Assembly: GCF_006345805.1 (NCBI RefSeq)
Contig: NC_042997.1
Location: forward strand, 182,590,001-182,654,000
Length of the DNA stretch: 64,000 nt
Reading direction: 5' to 3'
Source: Octopus sinensis
Lineage: Eukaryota
The notes below the pieces were generated by a model. The model had not been told where the DNA came from and searched no databases. It saw only the letters and a program-made list of their open reading frames with translations. Below are positions 26,281 to 38,006 of the stretch, one piece after another (the stretch's first letter is position 1; every line of letters begins with the position of its first letter). The translations under genes were made by a program, and so were the position numbers.

Positions 26281-26989
26281 ATATATACCACCAATATACA
26301 CCACCACACCTCACTACAACACACTGAATACAACTGAAGAATAGATCTCTATACAACTTTTGAGCAGAGCTGAGCTAGGACTAAACAATAACAACAATTT
26401 TCCTTTAAAACTTAACAGGTCTTATAAACAAGAAAGAAACAAATATTTCTTTTTTTTTTTAAAGTTAAGGGACAGTTCTTGACCTCAATAGAAAACTTTT
26501 GTTGCAAGTTATTTTATTAGGTTGATTTCTATTTCACTTATGATAAGCAAACTAATGCAACTCTTACAATAAAATATGAAAACATGGTCTAAGCTTTAAG
26601 AGTTTATGATACAAATTTACTTACACATAGCACAATATTATTTTGAAGGTATTGTTTTATTATTATTATTTGTGTGAAGTATGTCTAAATACAATGATCA
26701 TGCTCCTTTTCATTGATAACGAATAAAAAATATTGTAAAAGTGTTATTATTAGGGGGTTGTTGAATAAGGAGTGTAACTGAGTTAAAGCAAGAAAATCTA
26801 AGAATTAGCTCTAGTGATTCGGTAAGAATCTAAAAATGAGTTTATGTTTGTACCAGAAAATACTACTTAGCATTCGTGACTGACTGAAAAATTTAAGGTC
26901 TGATGAACTGAAATATGAGAATAGGGGAGAAAAGCTATGGGTTCTGACAACTTGACAACTGTTTAGGAAGTGCATGAAGAAAGGTCAGG

Positions 26990-27330
26990 TTTTGAAATAT
27001 GCCTTAAGGGAAGTCTTTGATTTTCATGACTGTTGCCAGACTCTCCTTCAAACCCTCTTCATCATATCTGAAGATGTTACACAGATTCATGACTAGATGC
27101 CGTAGGAACTTCGGTATGCAGGCAACTTAGCTCTTATTTCAGGAGCTGCAAGATATAAGTGAAATTTAATATTGTATAAGCAATGTATTTCTGGAGTTTG
27201 CAAATGATGCAGTGGGATCTTCGGTAGACTGACTTGGAATCAATATTGTAAATGTATCACATGCACTACATAAACTAAGTAGGCAAGCAATAAAAATAAT
27301 GAACTGCCCAGATTACTAACAGGAAGTAGT
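26990..27330 (+). mobile_element. Old RTE-type LINE RT fragment
   Basis: Plus-strand LFII...P*ELRYAGNLALIS resembles the RTE-clade PWELLYADDLALIA motif. Confidence 0.5.
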
Positions 27331-28478
27331 AGATATATTCTGATACTTATTTTCTTTTATTATTGATGTGTATAGCTTGACAGTTGTCAGACATAGCTAA
27401 GCAAATTTCTTGTCAAAAGCATTTCCATTTTTTTCAAAGATGACAGGGTATGACGTGAGGAAAATTTTGCTGCTATTTCTAGCAGATTGAACAAGCAAGT
27501 AGTGCTCCTCTCCTCATTAGCTTGTTTAGTGTACAAGATTAAGAAGCTTCAAGAACTGCGCTTTATGATGTGGTTAAAAGAATTTTTTTTTCTGGTAAAA
27601 AGAGCAGCTTTTATAATGCACATATCAGATGTGTGGTGCTTTAAAGTACTGCACTATTTACAACAGTGACAGAGGCTTTACAGCCACAAAGGAGAAATAT
27701 ATTAAGTAAGAGTTGTGAGACATGCAAAATGAATTTAGAAAGTTAAGATTCATGGAAAGATATTGTATTGCAGATATTTCTTGTATCTGTATAGGAAAAT
27801 ATGTTACATTAAATTAGAAATATTGTGTTATTTTAATTGCTCTTATTTACATATTTTGAATGGTAAAAATTTTTTCAGTGGTATTTATAGAAATCATTGC
27901 TTAAATTTTGTTTTAATCTTTTGATGCAATTCACTATAATCACCAAATTTGTAGAGTAAACAGTTAGAAGAGTTTTACATTAGTTTGTAGTTAATATTTG
28001 CTTCAGTTATCTGTGAATTAGATTTTATATAAAATATTTATAGTGAATACCATAGTTAAGCTGGTTTACAGCAAAATAAAATTGTCTACTGATAAGTATA
28101 TGGTTCTTGGAAAGAGTCAGGAATTGATAAAAACAATGTTTTATGAGTGCAGCAAATTTTGTAATTGAATATAGCTCTAAAGAATTATGGGGAAAATATA
28201 GCAGTAATGACAAGAACAAGGTCAAGACAGGACTGGCATACTTAAAGGTTTATCATTGAGTAAAGACCTGCTTCTATTTCATTTTGTTATTTTTGCTAAG
28301 TTCTTTGTTAATTGCTACACTCTGGAACTATTATATTTGTATCTTAACTTGAGTTGTTGTTTACAGATGTTGTCATTATTCTATTTGATCATTGGCATTT
28401 ACATATACAGTGTTATGATAATGTTGTTAAACTGTTATTGTTCCTTTCCTGCTAAGTGTCCCATGTTCTGTCTTGCAG

Positions 28479-28626
28479 TAGTATGATGCTATCCCGTCAC
28501 AATCAAGTGTGCCAATGTTTAGCACACTTGATTCGTTGGGCTGACAAGATTCTGCTGTATGGTAATGACCAACTTAACAAAGATAATGCTCATGAAGTTA
28601 TTAAGGCACTGGCAGATGGAATGAAA
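28479..28626 (+). CDS. RAPGEF1: RAPGEF1/C3G exon B (N-terminal domain, part 2)
   Basis: Acceptor tcttgcag|T, donor AAA|gtaagt, phase 2-0, in frame with exon A. SSMMLSRHNQVCQCLAHLIRWADKILLYG...EVIKALADGMK matches the C3G motif LANLIRWSDQVMLEG...VIKAVLDGVK. Confidence 0.95.
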
Positions 28627-28779
28627 GTAAGTGGTGTTATTTCTCAAGAATATTGTCTTTATCTTGTTTAGTTTGCATGGGAATTTTACTCTAAATTCTA
28701 AGTGTTACATCTTAATCTGAGAACATTCATGTAATATATGTACAAACATTTAATGACATGGGAAGCCTAACTTGTACAA

Positions 28780-29940
28780 TAGTGATGATAAAATTATTGG
28801 TGTCCCTATTAAGATGTAATGTGCTTGAGAGAAGCCTGCACTGGTACATGTATGTGATGTGATGGAGGATACATTTGTAGTGCTCAGCACTACATGTGCT
28901 GAGCACTTGCAGTGGATAGAACCTGTGGAAGAGAGGACCTAGGAAGACATGGGATGAAATGGTGAAAGACTGACCTCAAGAAGCTGAATCATGAATAAGT
29001 AGATAAAAAATTATGATGATTAGCAAAATGCAGTACTGGAGAAGATCAGCCCACCTGTACATGTATAGCAATTGGTAATTAAAATAATAATGATGATTGT
29101 GATAGAAGTTGAGAAGTATAATGTATATTTAAGTCTTTCACCATTTAAGTTTCCATCTACTTTGTTACCCTCTATTCTGTCACCCTCTATCCTATTCATT
29201 GCATCATACCACTAGTGTTCGATGTGTCTGTATTCAATCCCTCTGATATCACCCATTACCATTTTCACTTTGCACTTCCATCTCTATGCTTCTGAAACAA
29301 GGGATGATAGTAAATCCATTAATATTCAGTACATCCTACTGTCACCTTCTACCATCTTCTCTCTCTCCCCCATGTAGCTCTTAGTTGAGATATACCTATC
29401 TCATTTACCAGCAGTTTTTCTATCCATTACTCATTCTCTTGCCATGATACATCTTTATTGCTCTCCCATCATGTTGCTCATGCTGTATTATATTCCATCT
29501 CTTTACTAACAACCAACATGTAGCTATCACTGTCTCTCTTCCATTACTCCTTCTTTTAACATTTTGTTACTCTGTTTTTCCCATCACACTCATACTCTCC
29601 CTTTTATTCTCATAGTCATCATTCCTCCTTTTATTAACATTCTCTGTTAGGTTTGCCTTGAAAGGACAAAGACTACATAGAGTAGCGATGACATTTTAGT
29701 CTTGTCAAGAGCATGATAATCTCTCTAATGCTGGTGCCACCATAATATTCACCCAGTGCACACTGTATAGTGGTTGGTGTTATGAATGGCATCCAGCTAT
29801 AAAAATCATGCCAAAAATGGAATGCTCAAGTGAGATTTGATATACCAACTCATCTAGAAGAGCAGTAACTCCAAATAAGAACCCAGTGTGTAATGTCCCA
29901 TATAACCCATATCAGCATAGAAAGGGGATGTAAAAATAAA
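28780..29940 (+). mobile_element. Old RTE-like 3' region, pyrimidine-rich tract and family b-like tail
   Basis: ggaagagaggacctaggaagacatgggatgaaatggtgaaa (G.GRPRKTWDE.V-like); 29400-29940 is homologous by eye to 36190-36700. Confidence 0.5.
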
Positions 29941-30053
29941 TTATGACAAAAATCTATGCTCTTCTAGTATTGCTTAAAACAACACTTTTAAGATTTGTAT
30001 TCCCCCTTCTCAAAAAACAGCTAAAAACCCACCATTCTTATACTAATTGTTAC

Positions 30054-30297
30054 CACTGATTCTCAACACCTATTTGCCTATGGATCAATTTTATTCCACT
30101 GGACCTACATAATCATTCGATGTATATAAAAAAATCCTACTGTATTTTTATAATTAAATATTATTAGGAACTGCATAGAAAAATTAAAATAGTTTGTGCA
30201 TTGTAGAAGTATAAACAGTTTATTGTGCATAATTTTAACAACAAAATTTCATATGGAACTCCCCCTGGGCCATATGGACCCTTGTTAAGAACCACTG
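30054..30297. mobile_element. Old hAT-like MITE remnant
   Basis: Termini cactgattctcaac / gttaagaaccactg are imperfect inverted repeats (11/14); no TSD recognisable. Confidence 0.35.
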
Positions 30298-30981
30298 CCT
30301 TAAACAATCACTTCTCTCTCTTAACTGTTTCCTTGTATTCTACCATTAGATTTTTTTCTTATACTATATATCTTGAATGGCACTGCTAAAGTTAATTATT
30401 CTGTGACCTTTCACTAAAATCAGATGTTATCTAATGCTTTTCTCATTGCTTGTGTTATGGTCTAAAAGAGTTTATTATAAGTATCAACTGGTGGACTTGC
30501 ACAGCTATGACTACAACTTTGACTTGAAATTTAAATAAAATAGTAAATGGATCTTATGAATTTCCCACAAGTATTAAAAGAAGAAATCTATAAATATGTA
30601 CTTGCATTCAAGTCTGCCATTGATTCAGCAAAATCTTTCATAGAGTTTGCCACAGTATGTTTTTTAATACATAAGGGACAAATAGCTGTAGCACTTAAAT
30701 TACAACCATTTTGTTAAATATAAAAATATAGGTTAAAAAATTAAGGAATTAAAACATTAATATAAAAAAAAGCAGTATAAGAACAAAAATGAAATCTATA
30801 AAATACATTACTTTCCCCTAATGTATTGTGGTTTTATCCAGCCTAAATAGTGTGAAAAAAAAAGAGGAAATTGTAAATTTAAAAAAAAGTGAAATTTTAT
30901 CTCCATGCATTTTTTTTTTAATATTAAAACATTGTGATATTTCGTCTTTAGTGTTTTCATACAATAACATTTTTATTATAG

Positions 30982-31076
30982 GAACTTGCTCAAGCTTCAA
31001 TTGATAAATTAGAAAATCGGAAAAATGGTATTCCAAGATCTCCTGGTCCAATCAATGCACCATTTCATCAGGAAAG
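30982..31076 (+). CDS. RAPGEF1: RAPGEF1/C3G exon C (95 nt, absent from the ORF track)
   Basis: Acceptor tttttattatag|GAA, donor AG|gttcgt. Phase 0-2 exactly bridges exon B (ends phase 0) and exon D (starts phase 2). ELAQASIDKLENRKNGIPRSPGPINAPFHQE continues the ...GVK|ELVRLTIEK... pattern of C3G. Confidence 0.85.
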
Positions 31077-34000
31077 GTTCGTCAAATCACTTATCTTTTC
31101 TAATCACTTTGCCCCCTCCAAAGAAACCTTTTTTTGATAAATGGTCATTTGACTCACTGTTGTAAATCTTTAAAGTATAACAAAATTTAGAGATACTATA
31201 GCAGTTCATGACCTTATTTTTATATATTTCATATCACGATAGTTTTGCACAGACAAACCTGCATGCACTTTTTACATCAGTAAATTCGTTCTTAATTATC
31301 TATTTTCTCACAGTATTAGGAATATGTTATGTTATGTAAAATGAAAATGCATTCTTTCTAGTTCATAAAAAGATAAAATTGATACAAAACAAAAAATATA
31401 AATGCATTCTCAAATTCATTTTAAAATCTGTAAATAAAATGTAAAGAGGTAATTTTAACTTTATTATTATCTGAACTCAGTTTTTATTCTATCCTTTTAA
31501 TTATATTTTGTAAAGCTTTATTGTAAACATAAGAACATACATGCTTTCAATTTTAACATTGAAGTAACTACTCAGCTTTTTTTTTATTTTATATTGAAAA
31601 TATTTTTAATTAAATGATGATCACAATTATAATTTTTATTGCTAGCTTTCTTCAATTTCTTGCTATGATTTTCTTTTACAAAACTGCTTTATACTTTGAA
31701 GCTAAAGTGACCAATTTCCTTCTGTTTCTTTTACTATTTCTGCAATAGAACCTGCTCTTGAGGACATGCTAGTTACACTGAATCTCCACATAAACATATC
31801 TCTTACACCTACCTGTCTGCTGCTTGCTACACAGTGTACACCCTTCTTTATTATATCAAACTATATATTTATCATATCGAACTATATATTGAGCCATTCT
31901 AAGAGTCACTGCTCTGTAGAACTGTTCTCTTTTTCTCGTAACCATGCAAAACACCCTTTGAAATTCTATATTAAATGTAGCATAGACTGCAATGATTTTG
32001 GATTAGAATCAAATGTATTAGTGAAGTTAACGTGAAACTTTAAAGGCTGGGGTTTAATATGTTTTAGTAACAGGTGGGAGGGAAGATGGTTTTATAGTGC
32101 TTCAATATTCGCTGTGAAGCGCTGCAGAAAAAGTTTAATGAAGTGCTTAGATAAAGAACAGAATGTAGCAAAAATTTGAATTATTATTGGAATGATATTA
32201 CATGGACACTAGGCTTTTCAGTAATTAATGACACCGTAAAAAATTCCTGAAGGAAGCCTTTTGTTTGAAATGCATATAGTTAAATGCAAACTGCCATACT
32301 GAAGATGACGAGTTTAAACAAATTTGTAGTAATTATAACCATCAAGGGAAAGTCAGTGCTAATGAAAATTATTGTCAATACAAGGGACAGAACTCTCGAA
32401 ATTTCAATTGACCAGAAGTTAATGAGATATGCAGTGGCAAGTGAGTCTAATCTTTGGTAGCTAGGGTGGTGTGTTTCAGTTTTATTAGAGCTCTTTAGCA
32501 AAGCATAGTTTTCTCACAGCTGCCAAGTACTCAGAAAGACTAATAGATATGGTTTGTTTCTTTGTTTTTTGCTAGGGCTTTGTTTTTGTGCATTTGTGTG
32601 TGTGTTTGTAGTAGATGACTGGTTTAGATGGAAACTAGTTTTGATCTTTCTGGGATTAATTCAACTTTTGATCTTTAATGAAATAAATAATAGTGAAATA
32701 CTAGAATTGAATCAGTTGGTTGTAACTTTGCCCCATATAAATGTTTCCTTGAGCTTAGTTAAAAGATTAGAATAATTATTATTATTATTGGTGTTGTGTG
32801 TTCAGTGCATGGGTGTCAAGAATTCACATTTCCAATCAACTTTGTCATTCACTTTTATAGAATAGATAAATTAGTACCAGACACTAATGTAAGCATTCAA
32901 TCAATTACAATCCCTCACAAGTTTAACTGTGTACATAATGAAATAATAGTAATTATTATTATTGTTTTTGAAGAATAATAGTGGTAAAAATTTAAGTTCA
33001 GAATTTCTGGTCTTATTTTTAAGCAATAATACTTATTCCATAAAAAAGAACATGCAAATATACAAAAAATATAAAAATGTATTATTGTTCAGGTATATAT
33101 TATTGTTAATAGGTTTATATTGTTTTTAAATCATTAGAATTATTTTAGATTTAGGTTTACCATGATCCTATAACTATTCACTGATTTGATTTTAAATTAT
33201 TTGTCAATATTATCCAAATCTATCTTGTTTACATTTCTATGAAAGCCCTATTTAACTTTTATCAACATATACAAATTTTCTTCTGTTGTTCATAAACATA
33301 TGAAATATTTTCAGTCACTTCGTTTATTAATGTAATTTTTTATGTAGTTTATCACACATTTTTTTCTATTTGGCATATTTCGAAATATATTTAATTATGT
33401 ATACATGTTTAATGTATGCTTGAGTATGAGAGTGGATGTGCATAATTGTAGGCATGGCTGTGTAGTTAAGAAGTTACTTTACAACCATATGATTTGGGGT
33501 TCAGTCCAACTGTATGACATTTCAAGTATGTCTTCTATAGTAGTACCTTGTGAGTGAAATTTGGTTGACTGAAGCTGTATAGAAGTGTGTATATGTGTTA
33601 ATTTACTTGACAATTCTCCCAGTTCTAAACCAAAAATATGGAGTTTGGTCCAAACTTCATTCCTCAGACACAAGTCTCCTATCACATCTTCCTCCTGAAA
33701 TGCAAATCTCTCATCATCTACCACTAATCTAACTGGTGTCCAAGCTATATCTTGTATCTTAATTTTTCTCTGGTCAGTGGTTTTTACAATTATGTAAAAT
33801 TCTGTATCACCACCACACATCTTTTTACATTGAATCTCTGTAACAAAATTTCCAAAGTCTTATTCCTCTAAGTTAGACACATTCTAGCACTCTCCAAGCC
33901 CCTCCAGAAACTATCATTTATTTAACTCCCTCACTTACCCTATTGATGATACCTATCTCACCTTACTCCTCTTAATCATCATCCTATGTCACTTCAATGT

Positions 34001-34964
34001 ACACAATTCCCTCTAGCTTTGCACTCCTCATTTAGTGATGCAACTAACACAGAGACCAGATCATTTCACATTCTGACCTGTCTGCACTTGCTGTATTCAT
34101 GTATACCTATATCCATGATAAACACTTTGACATATCTGATAACTACCTAACCAACTTGTAGGTTTGGTTAAGAAGCTACCTTCACTATCACATTGTTCTG
34201 GATTCAATCCCACTGTGTGGAAGACTGTTTGTGTGTTTAAATATTTGTATGTATACATATATATAGATATTTGTGGGTATCTTGATGATATCTGTGAAGC
34301 ATATAAACTATGAGAACACTATAAAAAAAAGGTACTCTTTGAACAAAGTCTCTTAGGATATTTGTTGTGTACCAAGCTAGAGACACTTTCTTGCCACTGT
34401 TGCCTTCAAAATTTCAATGAATCGAGGCCCATTTGAAACCTGTAAACCAATGATGCTATTGTTCCAATTAATGCTATTAGAAAAGTAAATTGAGACAAAA
34501 CACCTCATACATTCCTTGTTCATAACAGTTGCACAGACCCAGTCATTATAACCACTCTGGTATTTCAAGTTAGCTAATTAGTTGGAGCAGATAAACCAGA
34601 TGGTTTATCTGTTGCATTAGAGGCAAAAAACATTGCCTATAAAACCAGGTGGAAATCACACTCACCACCACTATCAGAGAGGCTGTTATTTACATCTGCA
34701 ATGTCTGCAGAAAAGCAAAGTATTTTTTCATGCAACACAACACAGTCTGTAAATTCTCTCTCTCTCTCTCAAGAGTATCATGAAATGTCTAGGTGGAGGC
34801 CCAAACTTCCGAGTTCTTTTACAGGGCTTAGAAAAACTGAAGGGCTACTGCAATAAGTGTGTGAATCTGAGTGGGGGAGTATGTTGAATAAAATCATAAT
34901 TGACTTGTCTTCCTGTATTTTCTTTTACCTAAAGCCAGGAATTTTTCAACACCCCTTCATATAT

Positions 34965-35133
34965 ATCATCATCATCATCATCATCATCGTTTAACGTCCG
35001 CTTTCCATGCTAGCACGGGTTGGACGGTTCGACTGGGGTCTGGGAAGCCAAGAGGCTGCACCAGGATCAGTCTGATCTGGCAGTGTTTCTACAGCTGGAT
35101 GCCCTTCCTAACGCCAACCACTCCGTGAGTGTA
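34965..35133 (-). mobile_element. Family b, 5'-truncated
   Basis: Near-identical to 18015-18180. Confidence 0.8.
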
Positions 35134-35158
35134 TATATGTATTTAATATTTTCTAAAA

Positions 35159-35915
35159 GGTGCAGGAGTGGCTGTGTGGTAAGTAGCTTGCTTACCAACC
35201 ACATGGTTTCAGGTTCAGTCCCACTGAGTGACACCTTGGGCAAGTGTCTTCTACTATAACCTTGGGCCGACCAAAGCCTTGTGAGTGGATTTGGTAGACA
35301 GAAACTGAAAGAAACCCGTCGTATATATGTATCATCATCATCATCATCGTTTAGCGTCCGTTTTCCCTGCTAGCATGGGTTGGACGGTTCTACTGGGGTC
35401 TGTGAAGCCCAAAGGCTTCATCAGGCCCAGTCAAATCTGGCAGTGTTTCTATGGCTGGATGCCCTTCCTAATGCCAACCACTCCGTGAGTGTAGTGGGTG
35501 CTTTTTATGTGCCACCCGCACAGGTTGGGTGCTTTTTATGTGCCACCCGCACAGGTGCCAGACAGAGCTGGCAAACGGCCACGAACGGAAGGTGCTTTTT
35601 ACGTGCCACCGGCACGAGGCCAGTCGGGGCGGCGCTGGCAACGGTCGCGAAACGGAAGGTTCTCTTACATGCCACCGGCACTGGTAACACATCTGCAATT
35701 TCCATTGATCGATTTCGATTCTGATCCTCACTTGCATATATATATATATGTTTGTGTGTCTGTGTTTGTCTCCCAACATCACTTGACAATCGATGCTGGT
35801 GTGTTTATGTCCCCGTAACTTAGGCTTACAAAGAATAAGTCCTGGGTTCAATTTGCTCGATTAAAGGCAGTGCTCCAGCATGGCTGCAGTCAAATGACTG
35901 AAACGAGTAAAAGTA
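35159..35915 (+). mobile_element. SINE family a split by a nested family b insertion
   Basis: 5' half 35159-35330 and 3' half 35736-35915 each match 25885-26280. Confidence 0.85.
35331..35735 (-). mobile_element. Family b copy nested in a family a SINE
   Basis: Homology to 18015-18355; sits in the (TA)n tract of the family a element. Confidence 0.85.
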
Positions 35916-36089
35916 AAACTACATAAAGACTAGGCTTCCTACTTAAGGCTAGACAATATTTCAACCATTGTCACTTGCTGACCCTCTATAAAAGCTCAAG
36001 TAAGACTCACACTGGGGTATTGGTCACCTGTCTCAGAACAGTACTGCTGCTACTACTCACACAAACATCCAAGATGCTTCTTAAGAGAT

Positions 36090-36700
36090 GAGTAAATACT
36101 CACTCACCATAACACTACAATCTACTCGTGCATGTACTATTTCCACTCTTTACCTCTTCAGCCACTACTTCAACAGACTTTCACCATCTATTGCTAACCA
36201 TAATTCCTCCTTACATGATTCATCTTTATTGTTATTTCATCATGCTGCTCAAACTTTTTTTGTATCCCATCTTCTTACCAAGAGCCACTGTTATCACTGT
36301 CACTCTTCCATTACTCTCCCTCTCTACTATCCTATCACTCCTTCCTCTTCATCACACTCATACTTTCTCCACTTTCGCCATCTTGGTCATTGCTTTCATG
36401 TATCTCAGATACATTTGGCTTGAAAAAATGGAGATGATATGAAGAAAGTGAGGGCACTTTTGTCTTATAGAATGCTACTACTCCACTGTTGGTGTCATGA
36501 TAAAAATGTAAGACACTCTGTAAAGTGGTTGATGTCAGAAATAGCATTCAGCTATAGAAACTATGCTAAAATGGCACATATGAGCAAGACATGGCCCACT
36601 GATCCATCTAGAAGAGTATATCCAAATAAGTGACTTTAATGACCTCTCCAGCCCATGAGAGTATGAGTAATGGATGTAAAATGATGATGAAAATGATGTA
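36090..36700 (+). mobile_element. Old repeat homologous to 29400-29940
   Basis: Shared blocks such as catctttattg, tatcactgtc.ctcttccattactc and catcacactcatact, followed by a family b-like tail. Confidence 0.5.
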
Positions 36701-36718
36701 TGTATGTATGGTATTGTT

Positions 36719-36753
<35 letters not shown>

Positions 36754-37594
36754 ACTTATGCATACATATCTGTGTGCAAGTGTATGTGTGTGTATAAATC
36801 TGCATCTATGTGTGTGTTTGTATACACATTAATGTTATCACACACATCAGGCCAGTGATTAGATATTTTTGGCAGCTGACTTGGCCATAGTCTGATGTAC
36901 ACATCTACTGTATCCCGTACCAATGATTACAAATAACTTTCTTATTGAATGTTGAAGATTTTTTTTTACACAGTTAAATATCAGGATTTAAATTTCCTAC
37001 CTGAAAAACTTTGCTACATGCAACCCAATAATATGCTTAGAATTTTTGAAAATGCATATCCAGAAACAGAAATATACATTCAAAAAAATATGTTATTTTT
37101 AACAATGACAGTAAAATAAAGTCAACAGTCAAGAGCCATGTGCATTCATGAAGATATGTGTAACATTAAGCTGTGCTGTCACAACCAAACTTGGTTTGTG
37201 ATACAATAACAGTACATATAAAGCAATTCAATGTTATGACATGTACAGCATGAATGTAGATATGACCATTTGGTTAAGGAGTTTGCTTCACAATCTTGTA
37301 TTTCCCTGTTTGATCCCTTTATATGGCACTTTCAGTAAGTATATTAAAGTGTTATGAGTGAAATTTGGGTACTGGTAACTGTGCAGAAGCTCACCAGATA
37401 CTTCAGTAAATGGATGACAGAATCAGTAGGACCTTAGACTAGATATGTTGTGTTAATTGATTCTGTATCAGTTACATCTCTTTGTGGGGACTAGATGAAA
37501 GAAAGAAGAGGTGTTAATCAAACTGGATCAACATACCAGTTATACAACCTCAACCTTTCCTAACAAAAATTACTAGTAGAGCATTATTTTAGTT

Positions 37595-37656
37595 TTGAAT
37601 CACAATCTGTATTGACTAGTTCTACTTGAATCACAATCTGATTTGACTAGTTCTAC
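37595..37656. repeat. 31-bp tandem duplication
   Basis: ttgaatcacaatctg(ta/at)ttgactagttctac, two copies. Confidence 0.9.
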
Positions 37657-37745
37657 TTATTCAAAAATATTTCAGATTTGAAAATTGTTGATTCTATTTT
37701 AAAGATATTTAGAAGTTTACTAAAAGAGATCTGTCTAATATTTTG

Positions 37746-38006
37746 AGCAGGCGTAGCTGTGTGGTAAGAAGTTTGCTTCAGCCCTCATTGTGTGGCACTT
37801 TGGGCAAGTGTCTTCTACTATAGCCTCGGGCCTACAAAAGCCTTGTGAGTGAATTTGGTAGATGGAAACTGAAAGAAGCCCATCATATATATATAGGTGT
37901 ATGTATTTGTGTCCCCCTGCCACCACTTGACAACCAGTGCTGGTGTGTTTACTTCCCTGTAATTTAATGGTTCAGCAAAAGAGGCTGATAGTATCAGGCT
38001 TTTAAA
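37746..38006 (+). mobile_element. SINE family a, partial
   Basis: Homology to the head and body of 25885-26280. Confidence 0.75.

Noticed and set aside
31749-32035. Strong polypyrimidine/AG followed by an 89-aa ORF
   Set aside because: The open frame is phase 1, incompatible with the phase 2 exons C and D; there is no good donor and the translation looks non-coding.
32290-32446. Possible alternative exon ending at caa|gtgagt
   Set aside because: The phase 2 frame that would fit exon D contains a TGA, and no acceptor or promoter evidence was found.
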